From IMG/VR virus record IMGVR_UViG_3300009099_000001: 64,000 nucleotides of DNA; one strand, given 5' to 3'. The first letter of the stretch is position 1. Each line of letters starts with the position of its first letter. The notes under the pieces are model-generated. The model did not search any database, was not told where the DNA came from, and was given only the letters and a program-made list of their open reading frames with translations. This DNA is from a virus. Of the stretch, positions 58,685-64,000 are shown piece by piece. A program made the position numbers and the translations under genes.

Positions 58685-58998
58685 GGGGCAATGACGTAGC
58701 CATCTGCGTCTGTGAAGCCGCGGTCCTGCAGATGCGCCAAGAAGTCGTTAGCGCCGCGGATGTCCGCTGCGGACGCTTCCAGCGCCCAGAGATGCAACAC
58801 CGGCCGGGTCAACTGCTTGGTGCTCGTATATCCGAAACGATCCCGCATGAAATAATGGATCGCCTGCGCCCCCGCCGCAAGATGCGCGAACTCCGTCCCC
58901 GTGAGTTTCCGGTCGCGAGCGAGTTGGATCAGGTGAAAACCCCGCGCCACGTCCAAATCCGTAACTTTCGGCATGTCGTCCCCCATGCGGATTTTCAT
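58669..58998 (-). CDS. Hypothetical protein
   Basis: 109 aa with an ATGA overlap with the GIY-YIG gene. Confidence 0.55.
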   Translation of the reverse strand: MKIRMGDDMPKVTDLDVARGFHLIQLARDRKLTGTEFAHLAAGAQAIHYFMRDRFGYTSTKQLTRPVLHLWALEASAADIRGANDFLAHLQDRGFTDADGYVIAPCVPS

Positions 58999-59510
58999 CG
59001 CTTACCCCTGCGCTTACACCGCTCCGCTTTGGCCTTCGCGTAGCCCGCCGCGGCACCATATTTCGCTTTGTATCGACCGTAGAGATTTTTGCATTCTTTG
59101 CACTTGCTGGCCAAGCCGCTACTGCGAGATGCATCCCGATGAAAGCAGTCTGCCGGGTATCTCCGCCGACACCAAGCACAGGGATACAGCCGCCCCGCCC
59201 GGATCCGCTCCGTCGGGCTCTGACCCGCAAACGGGGGGTTCTGCCGATTGAGCCGCATTCGCACGGGCACGGCTTGGAGATGCTCCCATTCCAGGCGGTT
59301 CGCTTCGTCCGGGCACTCCGTCTCCGCCAATGTCTCGCACAGCGGCTCTCGCTCCACTTGCAGGCACGCCTTGAGCAACGGATTTCCAGTGCGAAAATGT
59401 TTCCCGCGATGATTGATTAATCGCTCCCTTACCGTCTGGGTCGTCTGCCCGATATACGTTTGGCCCGTGGCGAAGCGGATTGCGTAAATGCGATGGCGTG
59501 GCCCCGTCAC
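58995..59510 (-). CDS. GIY-YIG nuclease with C-terminal Cys-rich domain
   Basis: 171 aa from GTG 59510 (GTGA overlap). RIYAIRFATGQTYIGQTTQTVRERLINHR. C-terminal CAWCRRRYPADCF...CKECKNLYGRY. Confidence 0.7.
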   Translation of the reverse strand: MTGPRHRIYAIRFATGQTYIGQTTQTVRERLINHRGKHFRTGNPLLKACLQVEREPLCETLAETECPDEANRLEWEHLQAVPVRMRLNRQNPPFAGQSPTERIRAGRLYPCAWCRRRYPADCFHRDASRSSGLASKCKECKNLYGRYKAKYGAAAGYAKAKAERCKRRGKR

Positions 59511-60022
59511 GTCGCCAACTCCGCGGCCGGATGCGTCAGCCTCACGCCGGCTCCCTTCGTGTGGGGGATTTTGTGCGGATGGATCTCTGCCAAGCCCCGC
59601 GTCCGCAAGCTGTCTACCGCCAACCACACGGTAGACGGCGACAGTCCCAAGAGACGGCCTAGCGTCGCATAGGACTCCCAGCACACCGACGTTTGGGCCA
59701 CCAGATACGCATACACTTGTTGCTCACCCGGCGACCAGAAGGCGGCTCGTATCCGAGACGCGCGTTGCGTTGCCGTCCAAACGGGTATCGCATAGGTATG
59801 TCCGCACGGGTGCCCGTGATGCGGGACGACCACCAACAGGCCGGCTTGCCGTAAGCGAACGAGTTTGCGGCGTACCACACACGGCGCCGCATGCACGACC
59901 CCAGCCAGCTGCTGCGAAGTACGCTGCACCTGCCCGCCGGGTGCAGCCTTGCACTCGGCCTCGAGATGCTCGAACAGGGCTTGGGCGACGCCCCCTAGCC
60001 CTTTGCGGCCCTGCCCGATCAT
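59507..60022 (-). CDS. Winged-helix protein (paralogue family flanking dnaN), copy 3
   Basis: 171 aa with ATGA overlap. ...AAFWSPGEQQVYAYLV...WESYATLGRLLGLSPSTVWLAVDSLRTRGL. Confidence 0.6.
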   Translation of the reverse strand: MIGQGRKGLGGVAQALFEHLEAECKAAPGGQVQRTSQQLAGVVHAAPCVVRRKLVRLRQAGLLVVVPHHGHPCGHTYAIPVWTATQRASRIRAAFWSPGEQQVYAYLVAQTSVCWESYATLGRLLGLSPSTVWLAVDSLRTRGLAEIHPHKIPHTKGAGVRLTHPAAELAT

Positions 60023-60558
60023 ATCGCCAACTCCGCCTGGGTATGGGTCAAGACGAACCCCGCCCGATGTTCCCCCTTGGTTCGCCGCGGGTGCTCTTGC
60101 AGCACGCCCCGCCGCTGGAGGGCACGTCCCGCTTGCCGGACGGTCATGCGGGACGTACCGAGCTGCATGCCTATCTCCGTATACGACTGCCACACTACGC
60201 GGTTCTGCGTGAGCAGCCAGTCGTACAGCAGATTTTCGCTGCGGGTCCAGAAGGCCGCACGGAGGGCAGACGCACGGCCCCGCGCCGTCCAATAGGGCAA
60301 GCCGTACAGATGGCCCCGGGCATGCTTGGGTCTACGCGTTACCCGCAGGCAGCGCGCAGCGCTCAAATAGGCGACTTGCGGCGCCATCATTTTGGGATGC
60401 GACGAGACGGCAGCGGCGATCTGTCGATACGTCTGGGGCACCTCTACGCCCGGCTCGCCCTCGCACAACATCTCAATGTGCCGGAAGACCAACCAGGCGA
60501 CTTGACCGAGACTGACGCGACTGCCGTGCGGGGAGGGCGGCAACGAGTCCGCCATCAT
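60019..60558 (-). CDS. Winged-helix protein (paralogue family flanking dnaN), copy 2
   Basis: 179 aa. ATGATG overlaps the dnaN stop. ...AAFWTRSENLLYDWLL...WQSYTEIGMQLGTSRMTVRQAGRALQRRGV. Confidence 0.6.
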   Translation of the reverse strand: MMADSLPPSPHGSRVSLGQVAWLVFRHIEMLCEGEPGVEVPQTYRQIAAAVSSHPKMMAPQVAYLSAARCLRVTRRPKHARGHLYGLPYWTARGRASALRAAFWTRSENLLYDWLLTQNRVVWQSYTEIGMQLGTSRMTVRQAGRALQRRGVLQEHPRRTKGEHRAGFVLTHTQAELAI

Positions 60559-61757
60559 CCTTTCCCGGCACGCGGTGGGGACATGGGCATGATTACATGC
60601 AGAAAGTCGAACTCTGCCTGCGGCACGGGACGCAAGACGCCCGGCCTGCCGGCTGCCGCCAATCCGATTTCCAATTCCGCCGCCCCCACATGTTGGAGGA
60701 AATCGATGACGTACTGGCCGTTGAACGCAATCTCCAGTGCAGGGCCGTCGACCCGTGCCGGGATCTGGTTCGTATTTGCGCCCCGTTGCGCACTTTCCGC
60801 CGAGACTGCAATTTCGCCGTCCGGATGGAGGGTCTGTCGGGGGGCACACGTCAACGAGACCGTACCGTGGGACTCCCGCGAAAACAAGAACGCGGCCCGC
60901 ACGCTTTGGTGCAAATCGTCCGTCTGCGCGTGGACCCGCGTCTGCGTCTCCGCATCCTCCGGGATAATCCGCCGATAGTCGGGGAACGTGCCGTCGATCA
61001 ACTGGCAGATCAGCAACACCCGGTCGAACGTCCCGCCGTCATGCCCCCGACCCCCCAAGGCAAAGTGGATCTGGTTGCCGTTGGTCGTGGTCGCGAGGCG
61101 GATCGGCCGACTGCGATCGGCGTCGCCCCAGAGCCGAGCCAATTCCGTCAAGGCGGTCGCTGGCACCAAGGCCCGCACTTCCGGTGTGCTCGCCGTCGTC
61201 GGCGCCGTGCAGACGCTGAGCCGGAAGCCGTCCGTGGCCGCCATCGTCAAGGTGTCGTTCGCAAAACGGAAATCCACCCCCGCCAGATTGGGACGCTCTG
61301 GCGTCTTGGCCGCGGCGAAGACGGTACGCTCGATCATGCCGCGCAAGCCCTGCAGATCCAATTGCACGGTCTCCCCGTCGCCAGCGATCTCCGTCGGGAT
61401 TTCCGGGAATTCCGCGGCGGCCACCGTATGAAATGCCGCCTGATAACTACCGCACTGTACTTCCAGTTGCCGGGTTTCGTCCTGGTATTGCAGTACGATT
61501 TTGCGGTCCGCAGGCAGCAGGGCGACAAAATCCGTCATCAGACGCGCCGGGACGGTCACGGCGCCCGGGGCCAGCACATCGCAGTCCACCCAGACGTTGA
61601 GGCTAATGTCCAGATTGGTGCTGACCAGCCGGATACCGTCCTCCGACGCCTCGAGCAGGATATTCTCCAAGACGGGCAATGTGGGCCGGCTGGCCACGAT
61701 CCTACCTACATGCCCTAAGACCTTCTGTAGGTACTGTGCCAAAATCCGAATGTGCAT
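60555..61757 (-). CDS. dnaN: DNA polymerase III beta sliding clamp
   Basis: 400 aa from ATG 61757 behind AGGAGTGGATCT. LQKVLGHVGRIVASRPTLPVLENILLEASEDGIRLVSTNLDISL and three-domain length. Confidence 0.8.
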   Translation of the reverse strand: MHIRILAQYLQKVLGHVGRIVASRPTLPVLENILLEASEDGIRLVSTNLDISLNVWVDCDVLAPGAVTVPARLMTDFVALLPADRKIVLQYQDETRQLEVQCGSYQAAFHTVAAAEFPEIPTEIAGDGETVQLDLQGLRGMIERTVFAAAKTPERPNLAGVDFRFANDTLTMAATDGFRLSVCTAPTTASTPEVRALVPATALTELARLWGDADRSRPIRLATTTNGNQIHFALGGRGHDGGTFDRVLLICQLIDGTFPDYRRIIPEDAETQTRVHAQTDDLHQSVRAAFLFSRESHGTVSLTCAPRQTLHPDGEIAVSAESAQRGANTNQIPARVDGPALEIAFNGQYVIDFLQHVGAAELEIGLAAAGRPGVLRPVPQAEFDFLHVIMPMSPPRAGKG

Positions 61758-61767
61758 AGATCCACTC

Positions 61768-62304
61768 CTATGTGGCCAACTCGGCGTCATCGCCGAGAGT
61801 CAAAACAATGTGGTTGCGGGAAATCACGCCGCGACGTTCCAGCGCCGCCAAAGCGTCGTTAATCGTGGCCTGCGAGTACTCCAGGGCCGCCGCCAACTCT
61901 TGTTGAGTTTGCGCCCGCTCCTGGGGTCCCCGCAGAAAATGGGTATATAGGCGGTCTTGCGCCGGCGTCCAAAAATGCCGACGCAGATAGGCGGCGCGGG
62001 CCCAGGGCGTCCAAGCCGGCGTCGCATAGCGGTGGGGCCGACAGTCGCGTCGCACTCGCAACCCGCCCGACGCTTCGAGGCGCCCGATTTGCCAGCTGAC
62101 GAAACTCTCGTTGCTGTACAGCGGTTGCGCCAATTCTTTCAGCGAAAATTGCACCCACCCGTCGGAACTCTCGGCGCACGCTGCTTCGATGCGGTCAAAA
62201 ATGCCCCGCGCCAACTGCCCGAAGGTCAAGACGGACCAAACAGGCGCAAGAACATCCCTGTCACGAAGGCGCAGAACACCAAGGTGCCTATGCCATATCG
62301 CCAA
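61768..62304 (-). CDS. Winged-helix protein (paralogue family flanking dnaN), copy 1
   Basis: 178 aa with TTG start directly after the upstream stop. ...RRHFWTPAQDRLYTHFL...QQELAAALEYSQATINDALAALERRGV. Confidence 0.55.
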   Translation of the reverse strand: MAIWHRHLGVLRLRDRDVLAPVWSVLTFGQLARGIFDRIEAACAESSDGWVQFSLKELAQPLYSNESFVSWQIGRLEASGGLRVRRDCRPHRYATPAWTPWARAAYLRRHFWTPAQDRLYTHFLRGPQERAQTQQELAAALEYSQATINDALAALERRGVISRNHIVLTLGDDAELAT

Positions 62305-62637
62305 TCATGTTTCATCTGCATCGTGCTCGCTCCTGTGTCTGCGCAATTCGTCTAATACACTGCAATACCCGTTGTACAGCACCCGGATTTGACGATACAG
62401 CAGCCCTATCGCCTGACTGCCCGCGGGCCGGGTCTCGGCGGCCAAGTCGAACTGGAAACTCAGCATGTCGGTCAATCCCTCTTCGAGGTGCCGGATTTCC
62501 CGTTCCAGTTGCGCTATGGGCACCCACGTATCCAGCGACGCCAGATAGACGCCGGGATTGCGATCCGTCACCTCGTCTTCGCGCGGATCTTGGCCGAGGG
62601 TCAGGGGGGCTGCCGGCTTGTCTGTCGCCTTCGTCAT
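62305..62637 (-). CDS. Hypothetical protein
   Basis: 110 aa from ATG 62637 (ATGA overlap). Confidence 0.55.
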   Translation of the reverse strand: MTKATDKPAAPLTLGQDPREDEVTDRNPGVYLASLDTWVPIAQLEREIRHLEEGLTDMLSFQFDLAAETRPAGSQAIGLLYRQIRVLYNGYCSVLDELRRHRSEHDADET

Positions 62638-63221
62638 TTCGTCCATTCCCGCAAACATCGGTCGAATTCAGCCTGTACGTCTACGGCATCCGGTTTCGGC
62701 CTCTTCCGCATCGTGATTTCTCCCGTGGCGCCCAGATAAAAGAGCGCCAGCGGCAACGCGTCCCGCCATAACGCGTCCTCCAAATAATGATTGGGGATGC
62801 TGTGCTTGACCGGCCAATACCAGCCTGGCGTTTCGTCCCCCTCTTGCCCGCGTTCCACGAATTGCAGTATGCCACGCTGCTTGTCATGCGGCGGGCAGCC
62901 CAACTCGGGATGCCAGGATATCCCTACGGCATGCAGTTTCGGATCATGCAACAGCGGCTTGCTCATCGCTTCGCGTTCGATTTCGCGCACCAACGCCGCG
63001 CCCCATTCCAACATGGCCCAGGGCGACAGGCAAAAGGCTGGATACTGCCGAAACCCCCCCGTCACGTAGGCGGGTCCCGCCGCAATGTCTTGGAGCGGGG
63101 AATAGCCTTGCAGGAACTGCGACAATTCAGGGGTCTCGCGTACCTCTTCATCCAGGCCCCACTCCCACAAAAGCCGACTGGCTTCCCAGCGCGGCATCGT
63201 GACGGGTTTGGCTTTCGTCAT
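62634..63221 (-). CDS. Hypothetical protein
   Basis: 195 aa from ATG 63221 (ATGA overlap). Confidence 0.55.
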   Translation of the reverse strand: MTKAKPVTMPRWEASRLLWEWGLDEEVRETPELSQFLQGYSPLQDIAAGPAYVTGGFRQYPAFCLSPWAMLEWGAALVREIEREAMSKPLLHDPKLHAVGISWHPELGCPPHDKQRGILQFVERGQEGDETPGWYWPVKHSIPNHYLEDALWRDALPLALFYLGATGEITMRKRPKPDAVDVQAEFDRCLREWTK

Positions 63222-63412
63222 CCCCATCTCCGTTGCCGGCGCATATGCCGCCGCTTGCGTTTCCGGTCCTGCTGGGCGCGCTTCGCCTTGGTGCGATTCC
63301 GCACGCCCGGCACACTGCCCTTGCGTTCTTGTTGGTCGGCTTCGTAGTGGCTACGGCCGTCAATCAGGCCGAAGCCGAGCCAGTCGTGCGGTTTCTTGCG
63401 TACTGGCTTCAT
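63218..63412 (-). CDS. Small basic hypothetical protein
   Basis: 64 aa with ATGA overlap. C-terminal KAKRAQQDRKRKRRHMRRQRR. Confidence 0.5.
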   Translation of the reverse strand: MKPVRKKPHDWLGFGLIDGRSHYEADQQERKGSVPGVRNRTKAKRAQQDRKRKRRHMRRQRRWG

Positions 63413-63711
63413 GATTGCTCCAAGTAGAGATTCTGTTCCCGCCGGGTCATTTGGCGGACTTGGTGGCGTCGATTGACATGCTGGCGCCAGAAACCAGGGC
63501 CGTAAATTCGCACGTAACAGGCAACGTCGTAGCGGTTCCACGTTGTGCAGCCGTCGCGTTTCGCGAGACCCTCCTGCGTGAACAATTCTGCAATGCGCGC
63601 GTACGTCCACGACCGGTCCAGATACCATTTCCGAGGCAGCAATCGTTCAAACGCCGCATCAATTTTCTGCCGACGTGCTACCCGATGTGGGGCATAGCGA
63701 TTTTTGGGCAT
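63409..63711 (-). CDS. Hypothetical protein
   Basis: 100 aa from ATG 63711 behind GGGAGGGAGAATACG. Confidence 0.6.
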   Translation of the reverse strand: MPKNRYAPHRVARRQKIDAAFERLLPRKWYLDRSWTYARIAELFTQEGLAKRDGCTTWNRYDVACYVRIYGPGFWRQHVNRRHQVRQMTRREQNLYLEQS

Positions 63712-63728
63712 CGTATTCTCCCTCCCTA

Positions 63729-64000
63729 TCAAAACGGAATGGGGTCGTCGTCGTCTTCGGCCCACGGCGGCGGATCCATCGCCGGCGGCGCAGCTTCCTG
63801 CTGCGGCTTGGATCCGGCGAGAGCGCAAAACGCGACGCGCAACCCTTGGAGGGGACCGAATTTCGCCTCGAACCCCCCGTAGTCCTTGCCGGGCGGTTCG
63901 ATTTCCACGATCTCAGCCGTGCCGTCCTTGCGGGTCACGGGCACGGTTCCCGTACGCGCCGCCAGCAACTCGGCCATGACGATCCAAGCCCCGCTCTCCT
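63729..64000 (-). CDS. ssb: Single-stranded DNA-binding protein (N-terminus outside window)
   Basis: The frame is open to the window edge. Gly/Pro/Gln-rich linker and the diagnostic acidic tail EDDDDPIPF at the C-terminus. Confidence 0.7.
   Translation of the reverse strand, partial: ESGAWIVMAELLAARTGTVPVTRKDGTAEIVEIEPPGKDYGGFEAKFGPLQGLRVAFCALAGSKPQQEAAPPAMDPPPWAEDDDDPIPF

Noticed and set aside
60597-61718. 373-aa + strand ORF antisense to dnaN; also 53099-53803 (+) and 62787-63347 (+)
   Set aside because: These are shadow ORFs opposite genes with clear motifs or coupling signals, with Arg-rich junk composition.

Overview
High-GC (about 60%) gene-dense dsDNA phage or prophage segment. I found no rRNA, transposase or CRISPR array. 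All product names come from motifs read by eye; no searches were run.

Left ~39 kb, + strand (virion and packaging module):
- giant repeat-rich fibre gene, 5' partial
- secreted DUF1524/HNH-like nuclease
- portal, ParB-like protein, B12-type radical SAM protein, small and large terminase
- a 2065-aa tape measure protein placed directly after the terminase
- a single-ORF protease/scaffold/major-capsid fusion
- connector proteins, two paralogous tail-tube proteins, a chaperone pair in two frames
- about 9 kb of fibre/baseplate-like genes
- a MuF protein with a C-terminal HExxH domain

Right ~25 kb, mostly - strand (early, replication and accessory genes):
- many small ORFs in translationally coupled operons (ATGA/GTGA overlaps)
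- SSB (partial), DnaN clamp flanked by three paralogous wHTH genes, GIY-YIG nuclease
- tyrosine integrase interrupted at a C9 run
- M23 peptidase and two PAPS-reductase-like genes
- a tRNA cluster

Most notable observations:
1. An array-less type IV-B-like CRISPR-Cas effector operon (csf1-cas11-csf2-cysH-csf3). It is coupled to three stand-alone ORFs that resemble fragments of the Type ISP restriction-enzyme specificity domain, and it runs straight into the tRNA cluster.
2. The tRNA cluster has an ochre-suppressor-like tRNA (anticodon UUA) and GUN-anticodon tRNAs with non-canonical anticodon loops. These are interleaved with paralogous Arg/Lys-rich mini-proteins.
3. A ParB-like / radical SAM pair sits between portal and terminase.
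4. Three repeated regulatory grammars occur: a ~90-bp early promoter cassette (TTGCAG-N17-TGG-TAATAT), intergenic long hairpins with AGGAG loops, and leaderless promoters (TATACT/TATAAT-N6-ATG).

Promoter style, leaderless starts and 4-nt overlaps are reminiscent of actinobacteriophages, but the host is not determinable here.
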